Source: Bugula neritina
Taxonomy: Eukaryota; Animalia; Bryozoa
Length of the DNA stretch: 64,000 bases
Reading direction: 5' to 3'
Assembly (NCBI GenBank): GCA_964035545.1
Contig: OZ037766.1
Coordinates: 6,128,722-6,192,721 of the forward strand
The first letter of the stretch is position 1, and each line of letters opens with the position of its first letter. Below, piece by piece: positions 43,215 through 56,656 of this stretch. The notes under the pieces are model-generated. The model was not told the origin of the DNA. It saw only the letters and a list, made by a program, of their open reading frames with translations, and did not search any database. The position numbers and the translations under genes were made by a program.

Positions 43215-44340
43215 CAGTGCAAAGTTACTAAAATTGTAAAAAATATTACATAATAATTAATAGCTATTAATGAAAATAACTAAACTTTTGCTTAACCAAT
43301 TTCTGGATTGCACTATTACAGTATTACTATAATGGAGAAGATACAAAATCACCAACAGCTCCTGCTGCATAAAAACAATTTTCTACAACTGACATTAATC
43401 ATTATTACAGGTAAATATCTGATAATTGTGTTAGAATTACTGTTAGTAATAGTAATTCTAACACAATTTAAAATTATTTACTAGTACAGAAAAATTTATT
43501 AGCATGTTCATATTGCTGCTATTACACTGTTTGAGGTGTCTTTAGTTAAGTTGTCTTCCACTAATTTCAGCTAAATTTAAATTTTCATAGTTTTAATTCA
43601 ATTTTATATAAAATAGACATGACTCACTCACTGACCGTCAAAGTGACAGTGCTAATGAAAATTGTAGTCATAAAGTATCAGTATGAGTATGACTATGAGT
43701 ATGAGTATCGGTATTAACTATTATTAACTTTTAGTATTATTATTAGTATTAGTATTATGATCAGTATTAGTATAACTATAACTATAAGTATCAGTATTAG
43801 TATAACTATAAGTATTACTATAAGTATAAATCAGTATGATTGTTAGTATTTAGTATAAGTATATAGCATGAGTATCACTATCACTTAACAGCATGAGTAT
43901 GAGTAATACTAACTCAGTATGAGTACAGACTGAGAGTGAGACTGTAAAAATTGCCACTACTCGTTGGTATTACTATTAACAATAACTCTAAGTCTATGTT
44001 TAACCGTGAAGTGGTTTCAAAGTTTCAATAAAAGTTACAAACTTTATTACTGATTATTTATTAGAGTTAAAACAGCTGTTGGTAGTTTGAACTCTGAGCT
44101 ACTACCCTCTTCTATTACTCTATTATAATTATTAAATTTAATGTTCGACTTTATAATTATTTATTTATAATTTTATTTGTTTATTTACGCCATCAGTGAG
44201 CAAAAAGCGGTGAGATCAAATTACTACTAAATAAATAATACTTTGGCTTAGCTGAGTTTGCTATGCGATATTTGGGGGAGGCCTACAAAAATAAATGTTT
44301 TAATTTAGTCGGAAGGCTTTTAAAAGTTGAAGTTTTAGAA

Positions 44341-44452
44341 GCAGCTCTAAGTCGGGGGTCATTGAGTGCAGCAATTAAGATTATAGAGTTTAGAGTTGGG
44401 GGGTTTAAATTGGAGCTTTGAACTCCAAACTCGAGACTCCGAACTACTGCAT
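44341..44452. mobile_element. MITE-like repeat, related to 58387-58580
   Basis: CAGCTC..GT.GGGGGT.A.T.AGTGCAG.AATT...GAGTTTAGAGTTGGGG shared between the two loci. Confidence 0.55.
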
Positions 44453-45085
44453 TATGTTAACCCTTAACTAAGAACTTTTGATAAAAAAATTTGTTGAAAT
44501 GGTTTAATTCTTTAGACTTAGTTACAAAAAAGCGAAGTAAAGTAGGATGTTTGAAATGTTTCTCGTTTCGTAAATTATGCTAACTGTCATTTTTGTATCA
44601 AACTACTTTTGCGTTTCCTGTGACAGCCCCGTTGCCACTGAAGTGGAGTATTACTGTATTATCAATTATCATTATGATTTTGATATTTCAGTGCCTTTCA
44701 CTTTGCCACTAATGGGAGATAAATTTTCATATTACCTGCACGATTTTGAAATTAAGGATTTGATCTAAGCTCGTTACAGTGACGTTTATTCTATCTTGAA
44801 GTGTTTGTTGCCTAAACTGAAAGTGAAACTGGAAAAGTTTCAGTTTGATAAAACCAAGTCTTACATTTCTTTCAGTTACTGGATACTAATACAGTATTAC
44901 TAATAGTAATAGTCAATAAAAATTGATGTACTTGAAGTGAAATTTGAATTATTAGTTCAAAATTAACTATAACAGTAAATATAAGTAAGGTAATATAATT
45001 ATAAGTAAAGTCAAGTAAAGACACTGGCAGAGACTAAGAGCGCACTCAGTCACCAGCTTACAAAACCAAGAACTGCTTTTATAAA

Positions 45086-48000
45086 ATGGGGTATGAAATA
45101 TTTTACTGATTTCCTCTTTGTATTTATATAGTAATACGTCTAGTTATGATCCTAATAGTAATAATGATAATATGGCTAATTTTCAGATTTATTCCATTCG
45201 AAGTTGATATAATTAAGCAACAACAGTACTCAGTACTTGTATGACTTATTTTCAAAGTTTTGATCCAAATAGCACACTATTCACAATCATCAGTTCACTT
45301 GAAGCAATCTGAGTAACAATAAATTCATTGCCAGTTATGCAGTGTTAAAAAAATTGGATAGTTTTTTTTATTAAAAAACATGAAAAATATATATTTCAAT
45401 CGCTCAACAACTTTTATAAAATAAAAAATAAATACTTGCTTTAACCTAAGCTTTTGCATCAACTTTGTAAATATTGATGAGTACATACTGGAAAAAAATT
45501 GAAAGTGACTGTAGAAATCGCCATTTTGAACAAGTTTAGCAACCTTCATATATTGCAGTTAAATATCTCTAATCCTAATACTATTATTTTGCATAGTATT
45601 AGCTGACTATAACATTATTTTCTAGTTCTTCACTAGTAACAGCAGTTGTGAAAATTTCTGATTTTGTTTATATTACAGGGATGATGCATTACGTGTTCAA
45701 TATAAGTCTCGGCGCTTTGATGAAGGAGATCGGCTCTACGAGGGTGATCTAATTGGTGCTGAATCCGTAGAGTTTGATATCACCAATACTAGGAGAAGTC
45801 GAGTCAAATCTGATGACCAAAATGAATTTGCAGATAACCATTTTATCAACGGCAGCAATGATGATGCCGAAGGCGATCTAGGCAGCACAGGAGATTTCTC
45901 AAATATGTCTAGCTCTGCGTCTGCTTCTTACAGAAGTATGGGAAATAACCAGGAAGTTGAGTCAGAAGGTATATAATATTATTTTTGTTTTGCTCTCAAA
46001 CTTACAGAGCACAACAGAATATTTCTCACCGTGTCTGTTTTAGTCCAGTGTTCTGCAAAGCCAACTCAGTCGATAATTTCCATCTAATTCTGTTGCTTGC
46101 ATCCTTCCTATTTATTCAATGTCAACAATTTCATATCTAATCTTGTAGTATTCATCCATGTCCTCTTCTCTTTCTCTTGCCTTCAGCACTGATGTTGCCG
46201 ATTCTCTTTATACCTTCTTCTTTGTCTCTCCTTCATACATGCCCAGCATTTTTTCCTCATCACGTTACTGCTTTTACTTCTGTCTTAGAACCTCTCATTA
46301 TTTTTGTGCTTTTCTAGGCTAATGCCATGAATTTATTGCCTAAATTTTCATTTCTGTGGAACTGAGTCAATTTTCCATGTACTATGTCAGAGGCCATATC
46401 TCATTGCCATGCTACAATGCTGGTTCAATGCACATTTTGTATAACAATATCTTGACAGAACCTTTCTTATCACACAGCATGTTGTCAGATTTCTCCATTT
46501 GTCTCATGCCACCTCTGCTTTGCGTCGCCTTTCTTAGTGGATTGTTGTCCCAAGATATTTAAATGATGTTGTCTGTAGCTGTATTATCAGCTGGTGCTAG
46601 GTGCTCGGTTTTCCTTAGCTACTTAATTTGAGACCCCCTTCTTCCGGACATCCTCTCCACACCTTGGTCTTTTCTCCATGATTTCTGCATCACTGTCACA
46701 CAAAACTAAATCGTCTGTGAGCAACATTGCCCAATGCGCTTCCTCTCTTATATCTCCTGCGATGACCTCAAGGAATGTCATAGGAATATACTGTAGTGAG
46801 TGGCAGACATGTTGAAGTATGTTTTTCAAATACAGTTTCATTGCATCTTCAACTATAGTTTTATATATAATAATACTTTTTAGACACTTTCACTATTGAA
46901 CAAGCAATAGAGCAGCTGGGGTATGGAAAGTTCCAGCTCAAGATATCTTGTATCGCTGGGCTTGCATGGGTAAGTAAGTTTATGCAGTGATTTGTCAGCA
47001 TGTGCAAGCCTGTACTGTTTCATATATCTAGTTTTACTTACTTGCTCTTTCTGATATTAAACACCATCTTTGCTATCTGATATTAAACACCATCTTTGCT
47101 ATCTGATATTATACACCATCTTTGCTATCTGATATTATACACTATGTTTGTTGTCTGGAGTATCACTCAATGCTGTTTCAGACTGCTGACGCAATAGAAA
47201 TGATGGTGCTGTCTATCTTGTCCCCTGCTCTTCAGTGTGCCTGGGGTTTAGAGACCTACAAACAGTCTCTGATCACCTCCATTGTGTTTGTCGGTATGAT
47301 GGTTGGCTCCACCTTCTGGGGATCTCTTTCTGACAAATATGGCAGAAAGTTTGTAAGTTTTACCTGCCTACATTATATCTGGTAACTTCTATTTTAGTGT
47401 TGTGTCTTTAATAATGTTATTTGTTGAAAATAATTTTATATAATCTGTACCAAATGTTTCGGCTAAAAAAATTTACAATGTTGTTTGCAAAATAATGTTG
47501 TATGACAATTCCTTTCCAACTTTGACTCTGAATTTTGACAAAGCTCAGTATTTTCTGCTGTTACTTTTGAAATGCTATGAAACTATCTAATATTGGCATC
47601 TATGCACACTATAAATTTGCCAATTTAACCAATTAGACTTAAATTGCTACTCATCTAAGTGTAGAAGTTTCTAGTCTATTTAATGGCAAATACCGTAATT
47701 CTCTTTTGAAAAACATTTAAGGCATTTACTTTTGTAAATATTTAACTGTTGGTAGCCTATTTATGAAAGTTTAGCCTGCTAGTAATCTATATTTAGAATA
47801 CGTACAATATTGTTGAATATTTGTGTTGAAGGTGCTAGTCGTGTCTGCTGCATTCTGCATGTACTTTGGTATTCTAAGTGCTCTGGCAGTCACCTGGATA
47901 TGGCTGCTATTGTTCAGATGTGTGGTGGGATTTGGTGTTAGTGGCGGCAGTCAAGCGTAAGCTCTTTACATGCTATGATACGCATTCTACTATGATTCAT

Positions 48001-51000
48001 AATCTGATTGCAAATGCTGCTTTGTTTTATAATACTTGTGTTTAATAAGTGATTAATTAAGCTAGACCATTCTTGTTTTGATCAAAGTTTTAAAAGATAG
48101 CTATTTAACAGTCTTTCCTTCCAGTTTTTTTACATTTTCTTGTTGCTATTGCAAAGTATTATTTTTATATCATCATTTTAAATATTTGCTATTTTTGTGG
48201 AGATGGTTTTTGTTTGCAACTAGTTAATGTTTTAGTAACATGTTTTTTGATAAGAAAGTAATATACCAACAGTAGAGTTATGCCTTAGCAACTCAATTAG
48301 CTCTAAAGGGGTGGCCCTTTATCTGTCACCCTAGTAGGCCTACCCTAAACACAGAAGGCTAAAATCGTATGAAGCACACTTCACACTAGTCTCCTTAAGC
48401 CTGTGCATTATAATAGACACCTTTAGCAAATTTGAGAAAAAAATTTGTAGTAAGGCGATTGTTTTCGTTACATGTTTAGCAAATTGATGCTGCAATGGCT
48501 CCAACCATATTACCAGCATGTTATATTTCTTTTAATTTATGTTTACAATTATTGTTATTTAATAGATGTACAGTAGACTAATATCAGATATGAAAATGTT
48601 GAAGTTGTCTTCTGCTTCAAAACAAATTGAGCTTTAACAACAGTTGCTTCCTATAGTGATTTTATCTGTTGTTTTCTATTTTTAGGGTGACTTTATACAC
48701 TGAAATTCTACCTGTTAAGGCAAGGGCCAAGTCAATAGTGGCAATAGAGGTACCTTTGTGAAATATTTACCGTATTTCAAATTGCGGCTCTCGTCCATTG
48801 TTTTTATACTTGATTTAAGTATAATATTGGTTCACCTTATTCACTCTGTCTAACATGCATTTTTCACAAAGTTTTTGGATATGGCTATTGAGTTCAAATG
48901 ATTGATTTAACTTGTTGCAGATATTCTGGGTGCTCGGATCTGCATTTTCAACTATTCTAGCATTTATTGTGATGCCAACAATGGGATGGAGGTGGCTGTT
49001 GGCTTTCTCAGCAATTCCTCTGATAATATTCATTGCTGCTTGCTTTGTAAGTAGTTCTATGTTGTCATCAATGGAGTTTTTAGTAGCGAGTAGGTTCTGG
49101 ATTCTGGTTAAATTTACTTGTAGTTATGTTTAGCACAGCTCGTATTAACTTTTCATATTTCAAGTCAATGGTGGACCAGATCAAGTTATAAGTCTGTTAA
49201 AAGAACTTCAAGCCAAGTCTTGGTCATGTCAAATTTAATTTAAGTATGTCAAGTCAACTACAAGTCATCAAAAAGTTTATTGTCTGTATTGTAAAATGAT
49301 GTGTAACTCAGCTGGTGAGTGAGTATCTATAAATTATTAGCTTCACTTGTGTAATCTTCTCATAAACATATCATTTTTATACTTTTTTATAGTTTAATAT
49401 ATATATTGAGCTTTATCTGATTCATGCTTTGTATAAACTAACATGGTTTTAAATCGTTTCAACATTAAAAGTTGTAGAACATGATGATTTTGTAGCATTT
49501 TCTTTGCTATATAGTCTTGTATTAACTCCTATCAGTGTTATGATGTGTTGAAAGACAATATAGGCTATTTTATTACATCTGATTTGATTATTCAACCTGT
49601 GTTATGTAGTGGTTACCAGAAAGTATGAGGTTTAACCTTTCCAGAGGTCATGTCAATGCTGCCATGAAAACCCTTCAGGAATGTGCTGACACTAACAAGA
49701 AACCGATGCCCCTTGGTAGACTCATTGCTCCTCCGAAGGTAGGCTGCCTTTCTGAAAAAAAACTCCATTCAGCTTTGTGTTCATTTGTGCCATAAATAAA
49801 TGTATTGTGAGTGTAAACCATTTCTAAATATTTTCAAATTGATATTGTAAAAAAGCTCTTAATAATGTGCCTAATCTATATAACATAGATATATGTTTAT
49901 TATAAAGTCAAATTTTCTAATTTAAAGTAGTTGGCAACTCATTGAGGTATTTGGATTTTGTATTTACTAATCATTTAATTTTCCATGATGCCACAAAATA
50001 ATGCTTGCTGCCCCAGGCGAATTGCTATGTTGAAATTGAATTTATAGCAATAATTCCATTGATGTTCAGCATGTTAAAGTAGTGTGTGTCAATTTGTGTT
50101 TACACATCTAGAAATGATAAACCAGGTGGCTACTTTTTAATTTATTTCAGATCACAATTGCATACCATATGATGTGGTTAAATTTTCACATGCTAGAATT
50201 TTTTTCAAAATTCAATGTATATTGTTTTGATTGTTAGTTTGTTGACCCAACAAGTATTTTAATTTTTTTAATTCAAAACAAAGCAAGTCTAGTAAATCTG
50301 AATGTGCTTAATCTTCTAAATTATGTTGGCTTGTAGCAACAAAGAAGAGGGCAGATATCAGACTTATTCACCAAGGAGATGAGACGCACCACTTTTCTCC
50401 TCTGGATTATTTGGTTTTCCAACACTTTTTGCTATTATGGAATTGTCCTCCTAACAACTGAACTTCTTGATATTCAGAATAATGACGTGTGCAATGGTAA
50501 GTACCATGTGCTATTATCAACACGACCCACCTTTTTCCCAAGTTCGTATAGTTTACATTGCAAGCATATCAAGATGTTACACCTAAAGTGGTTGACAGTT
50601 TGTGACAGTGACAGTTTGTGCTGGTTTCTAGTCTCAACTTTTGGGGTCCTTAACAGTGAGGCCTCAAACTACACTGGCAACGCGGCTTGACATAGAAATA
50701 CTAGTTAGCCCGACATGCCTAAAGGATGAGATTTAATTCATCAGGCTTACACAGCCATGTTAGGTCCTTGACCTTTGTGTCACCGCTGCTCTATAATAAC
50801 TTGAGATCAACTTCCGGCTTTTTGTAACTGATTGAAGTCGGGAAATGTCGTCTATAAATTGTATTCAATGCAGTTGGTTTATCTTGTAGCTATTGCTGAA
50901 GGACATTTACCAGATGTGGAGTGTGCTTTAGACTGTCAAAGTTTAACTTCAAAGAATTATCTTGAACTTTTATGGACCACTGCTGCCGAGGTTCCAGGTA

Positions 51001-53417
51001 GTTTATGCTGACTTTATATAATATATTCATGAATTTGTATAATATAGACATGAGTTTGTATAATATAAACATGAGTTTGTATAATATAGACATGAGTTTG
51101 TATAAAATAGACATGAGTTCATATAATATAGACATGAGTTTATATCATATATACATGAGTGTATATAATATAGACATGAGTTCATATAATATAGACATGA
51201 GTTCATATAATTAGACATGAGTTTTTATAATATAGACATGAGTTTTTATAATATATACATGGGTTTGTATAATATAGACATGAGTTTTTATAATATAGAC
51301 ATGAGTTTGTATAAAATAGACATGAGTTTATATATATCAGGCACTAATAAAAATAGTGCTGTATGATACTCCATAGCTCAAATATGGTGCATAACTCCAG
51401 GTGCACCCATGTTAGTTCTTTAAAAGAAAGTATTATTTTTTAATATATCTAAAATTAACCTTTAACTATTTGTTTTTATATATTTCATATAATACAGAAT
51501 TATTGTTTCATTTATGCTTGCCATGCTGACCTGCCTTATGATTAAAGTTGAATCAGAGTGTTATAAAGTATAATGTTATAATGTTATAGTCATGTCATTA
51601 ATTTATTCAAGTGATTATAGTTAGTTGTGTTATGATTATTCAGGACTGGTGATAGTGTTTTTCTCTATTGATATAATCGGAAGGAAATGGTCATCGGCAT
51701 CCATGTTTATACTCTTTACGATATTTATTGGTCTGGTAGCTGTTTGCAAGGGAAGGTATGTTATCACAACACGTGATTACTCAAAGCACTCTTGGCATGT
51801 TTCTGGCAAGCTTTTTCTTATTTTTATTCAAAAATGTTTGATGTGAGCCTGTAAGATGCTTAGTTTAGAACTAAAGCTAAAAAAGTCTCTACTTTATATT
51901 TTTAGAATCTTCATGATTATCATGCTGTTTGCTGCCAGATGTTTTATATCCGGATCTTTCCAAGTAGTATTTGTATACACACCAGAGGTATGTCACTATA
52001 TGCTTGTTGATGACTCTCTTGTACGCATAGCTAGGTTATACGCACGAGGCTGTTTCGGTAGACGTGCCTCTTTAGCATGCAGTTTAGTTGACAAATCAAA
52101 TTTTGTTTTAGTCATTTGGAAGTGAAAAAAAGCATTTGATACAAATTGTGTTGTGCTACCTTGAAGATCTAGCATAGTTTTAGGTGACAGTTAATGTCAG
52201 GTGAATAAAAATTAGCATCATCCATTCAGTTATACAATGTGTGAATTAATATAAACTTGTAATATTCTGATGTCATGCAGTTTAATAAATACTTCAATCA
52301 TTATTTTGGGTTTTGTTGAATGATTCATATGTATTCAATGCTTTCTACTGCGATTCATATATATAGTCACTCACAAACGTTTTTATACATCAGAAAGGAA
52401 TTTATTTATAGATTTATCCGACAAGCTGCAGAGCTATAGGCTTAGGGGCTTGTAGTAGTATGGCCAGGTTTGGTGCTATCATCACACCTTTCATTGCACA
52501 GGTAAGTAAATTCTACTTCTCAAGTTAGTGGAGAAAAGTATTTAGTTGTTTTTCTTATGATATTGAAACACAATCCGCCTTTGCTATCTGTTCTAATGCC
52601 AGCTTTAGATCATTTGTTTGTTGGAAACAGTTCAAAGCTGCCTTTCTTCCTTGGTAGTATTTTTTTCCTAATATTACATGTATCTACTTTATTGATGAAT
52701 TCATATAGTTGGGTCTTCATACTAAATACAGTTCAAATGCAACTCAGTGAGCAAATATTAAGCAAACATGCTTTCACAAACTTGCCTCTGTTAGACACAC
52801 ACTAGAAGACAACTGAAGTAGGCTGATGATTTTTTTTGCTGGTGATGTTTATTGAAATATTTATTGCAAATGTACATAAAAGTAGCAGGAGCCTTTTTTA
52901 ATGTATTCAATATATTTGCTTCAACAATTGTATAAAACTAGTGCAATAAAAAGCTGATGTTTAGTTAAAGTTTCCATCTCTGGAAGTGAAAGCTTTTAAG
53001 CCAGCTCAAGACTGTACCTCTTACCATGCTGGGTACATGGTTTGAAGACTCATGTTGTGTCACAGGAGCTATTATGATTGCACGCTCTTTCTGGCAGCAC
53101 CAATGGCTCTGTTGCAAACCCGTGACCTCTTTAAAACTATACCAGCTCCTACAATACAGTTATAAATCGTGTATTGTATTTGTATATGAAATATTGTTGC
53201 CCCCATAGTCCTTGCTTATTATTTGCTGCTCGTTTGATAGTTTTTGTCATGCCAGAACCATATCTGTTTGTCGTTACAGGTTTTACTGAAGAAATCTATA
53301 TATGCCACACTAGCCATATACGCTGTTGTAGCAGCTGCTGCTAGCATAGCTAGTTTATTGCTGCCCGTAGAAACTAAGGGAAAGCAACTCCAAGAATCTC
53401 CTACTGCTGTCAGTTAA
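45086..53417 (+). CDS. SVOP: Synaptic vesicle 2-related protein (MFS transporter), ~561 aa, 14 coding exons
   Basis: Exons 45086-45090 (ATGGG|gt, tentative), 45679-45968, 46884-46969, 47182-47352, 47832-47956, 48686-48749, 48921-49046, 49610-49738, 50337-50496, 50890-50997, 51644-51755, 51906-51987, 52412-52501, 53280-53417; [60 protein letters not shown]. Confidence 0.93.
46030..46800 (-). pseudogene. Decayed non-LTR (RTE-like LINE) RT fragment in a SVOP intron
   Basis: [12 protein letters not shown] (cf. LFADDLVL) at ~46700-46740 and purine-rich basic-coding 3' part; no intact ORF. Confidence 0.6.
47045..47142. repeat. 26-bp minisatellite (CTGATATTAWACACCATCTTTGCTAT) x ~3.5 before a SVOP acceptor
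   Basis: Directly visible. Confidence 0.85.
51015..51332. repeat. 21-bp minisatellite (ATAATATAGACATGAGTTTGT) x ~15 just after a SVOP donor
   Basis: Directly visible; generates the spurious repetitive ORFs at 50890-51218. Confidence 0.93.
53050..53150 (-). mobile_element. SINE-like repeat (copy 3, more diverged)
   Basis: Minus strand GGTCACGGGTTT...CCATTGGTGCTGCCAGAAAGAGC...TAATAGCTCCTGTGACACA aligns with copy 1. Confidence 0.4.
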
Positions 53418-54181
53418 AAGCATGTTTTTGGTAACTTTTTACACTAAGCTAATTTTTAGGAAATCTCAATGTATAAGAAAATACTATTATTGTTTCTTAT
53501 TGATTTATTTGATACTTATTTAGTTATAATTATACATTTATATATGATATTGTATTTGTTTTCTGATACCATTATAATAACCATATTCGGATACTCGCTT
53601 TAGGAAATACTTACATTTACTTCTAGTATTTATCCCATGCACTTATTTTATTTATTTAGACATGTTCTAAATGATTAAAAATCTCATTTGAGCTTTATAA
53701 CATATTCCTCATGCTCACATTTATCAGCAATATTCATATTTTTCTATACAAACAAAATTTTATGTTCTCAATTTATTGTGATCTTTCTAGTATCTATATT
53801 AACACATGAAAATACAGTATCTTTGCTTGTTTATTAAGCATCATAAAAAGAGAAAGTTTTCTCTGCTAATAAATGTATCTTAAATAACTTCATGACTACA
53901 GCCTACTGCATATATTCATGTTAATATATTTGTAACGTCCGGTACTGATAAAAGAAGCAGAACCATTGCAAGTTCGGATTTCAGGTGAAACTTAAAAAAT
54001 CATGCTAAGCAACTGCTTCCATTTTGATAATTTGAAAATGGACAAGTGAAACATCTTATAAGGTGGAACTTATATCTAACAGAACACTCGCAAAACTACC
54101 AAATTGTTTTTAAAATACGACATAATTTCAAAACAATTTCGCCGGAAGATATGTATATCGTATGGACAGATCAACGCCGCG

Positions 54182-56656
54182 TCATTCTCTCCATGATACA
54201 AATACTTCATCTGTTCTAAACCTAAAAAGGAACATACATATATACAATATACACACATTACTTATTGTTATAGGAAAGTTATATGTATTTCCCATGAATC
54301 AAATAGCATGGTGTAACCCACCTTTGAGTGATTGTAGTTTCTTCCCAAGGAGTGGTTGCTCCAGTGCCAAACTCAAGTACTCCTGCCTGAGCTATCATAG
54401 CTCCATTATCAATACAGTACCTAAACAAAAGCCAGTATATATTATATCTTACACAAATGAGCTCTGAATACGACACAACAACATTCCATTTATGCCATAA
54501 GACGGGTAGATGTTGTAATAAAACTGTGCCTCACGTTTCAAACCAACTTTTACTCTAAAAGCACGGCAAATACTCTAATTTACCGAACAATATCAAAAGA
54601 AAGAAAACCTTAGAACAATTATTTCTTCGTGCATTTTTAAAATTTTCAGAAATGCTACAGTTGAGACATTAAAGAGACACAAATACACACTCTTGGTAGC
54701 TGAACCTGGTTATTGCTTCAGCTGATTTCTAATTGATTCTAGAAGAAAAGAAAATTGAGTCACCTGTCATCAGTAGCGCACAAGCTTGCTTTCCTTTCTG
54801 ATGTCATGATTGACATCATTTCCTGTAAACGTAGATTACAGCCAACACCTCCTACTATAAGCACTTCTGATGACCCGCAGTGTGCCATAGCTCGTTCAGT
54901 TATCTCGATTAGCATAGCAAACACCGTCTCCTGGAGAGAGAAACAGAGGTCCTCCACTGTGTAGTCACCAGACTTGATGAGAGAAGCAGCTTTCTCCTGC
55001 AGCAAACCCAACTTATATGTAGCAACTAAGTAAAGCAGAGTTGATACTGTTTTCCAGTTATCGTTTGAAAGTGGTTAGCAGAACATATTATATTAGTAAA
55101 ACCCATACAATCAATTGCTACACTATATAAAAATAACTCACAGTAGCTTCAAGAAATGAACAAATAATTTATTCATTAGCTGTCAATTTAAAGTGTTGAA
55201 CAATATTTTTATCTAAATCATAAAATAGCAGACAACTCCTCAAAAATGGATGCTATATTATACTTGCTATAAATAAAAAGCTAAACCAATAAAATATCAG
55301 CCAGCAGAATTTTCATCAACCATATTTACCTCTATAAAAGAAAGAAGACCTGAAAAGGATACATCCATTCCTTTGACGGTGTAGGGCAACTCCAGAAACT
55401 TTTTCCCTCTGTTGACAAACAAAAGCTCTAACATATTATTTACATAAATTTTGCTGATTTGAATAAATGTTATCTGGTTTCATAAAATACCAAAAGATAC
55501 TTTCATATTACTTGCTTTCTGGCCATCTTTTCAATATTGTATCCTGGGCTTGGATCATTTGATAGCTTTACAACTCTAGCAAATCTGTCAAGACAGTTCC
55601 CCACAGCTATGTCAATAGTCTCTCCAAAGATTCTGTATCGTCTTTGAGAATATGCAATGACCTGCAACAAAGCAAGTATGCTCAACATAACTGTAAGTGT
55701 AAACTAAAATCAGATAAACATGCATCTAGGTCTTAAGGTAAAAGTCTTAATAACAAAAATATATATTACTAAAAACTTATACAAATTCCTATTCTACAAG
55801 CTGAAACAAGTCAATATACTGTCTATAACTCTCACCTGTGTGTTGCCACCACTGACATACAAGACTGTAGGGTTTTCAGCACCGGTTACAAGTCTACCCA
55901 TTTCTATATCTATTATTGGAAGTGTTAAGAAGGCATACATATGCTCACAAATGTCACAGATTTCATTTATAAGAACAATTGTGATGGAAAAATATTTAAG
56001 GATATTAGTGTTTGGATCCAGCACCCCGTGCATATGGAGAAAGCATAATGATAAACAATGTGACTAGACACTTTTTATAACTTGGATAATAAAAAAACTA
56101 ACAAACGAACAGCCACATGGCATTTACTACAAAGGATACGGCCAATGCAGTGGTTAACACCAATGATTGGTTTGTTCCAAATCTGAGCCACGGTTCTGGC
56201 TACGATTGCTGTACACTGGAGAGGGGCGCCCATGCCAGGACCCTTGGTATAGCAGACGACATCAATGTCATTAGGCTGCACACCAGATTGCTCTAGTGCC
56301 TCCTTCAGTACAGTAAGAATGACTCTTCTATGATGTTTGGCTGTATCTCTCGGGAGAAAGCCTAACCACATGATATTAGCATAATGGTAAATTTACAGTT
56401 ATGTACAGCATATAAAAGGGACAATTTAATAAGAAAATTTACTTTTAGAAGTGATAAGATATCTGAACAGTTTAACACATGTCAATCAGTTGATTAAACT
56501 ACAGAATCAACACATTATCTACAAGAAATTTATCAACCTACCTTCTCCTGGCGGAGTAATATATGTACGACGGGGGTTTGACAACACAACTCCATCTTTG
56601 ATAATTCCAATACCAATCTTATTAGCACTACCCTCAAATCCAATAGCAATTACCAT
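54182..56656 (-). CDS. OSGEP: tRNA N6-adenosine threonylcarbamoyltransferase (KEOPS Kae1), 335 aa, 8 coding exons
   Basis: Exons 56542-56656, 56140-56361, 55836-55909, 55516-55661, 55330-55408, 54764-54996, 54322-54420, 54182-54221 (1008 nt); [72 protein letters not shown]. Confidence 0.97.
55910..56139 (-). other. U12-type (minor spliceosome) GT-AG intron in OSGEP
   Basis: Donor GTATCCTTT; branch CCTTCTTAAC about 14-16 nt from the 3' AG; no strong polypyrimidine tract. Confidence 0.88.

Noticed and set aside
50890-51218. Three repetitive ORFs (MSILYKL.../YNIDMS.../NSCLYY...)
   Set aside because: Artefacts of a 21-bp intronic minisatellite.
55350-55362. GTATCCTTTT U12-donor-like motif on the minus strand
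   Set aside because: Lies within the conserved coding MDVSFSG of OSGEP; no intron is needed there.
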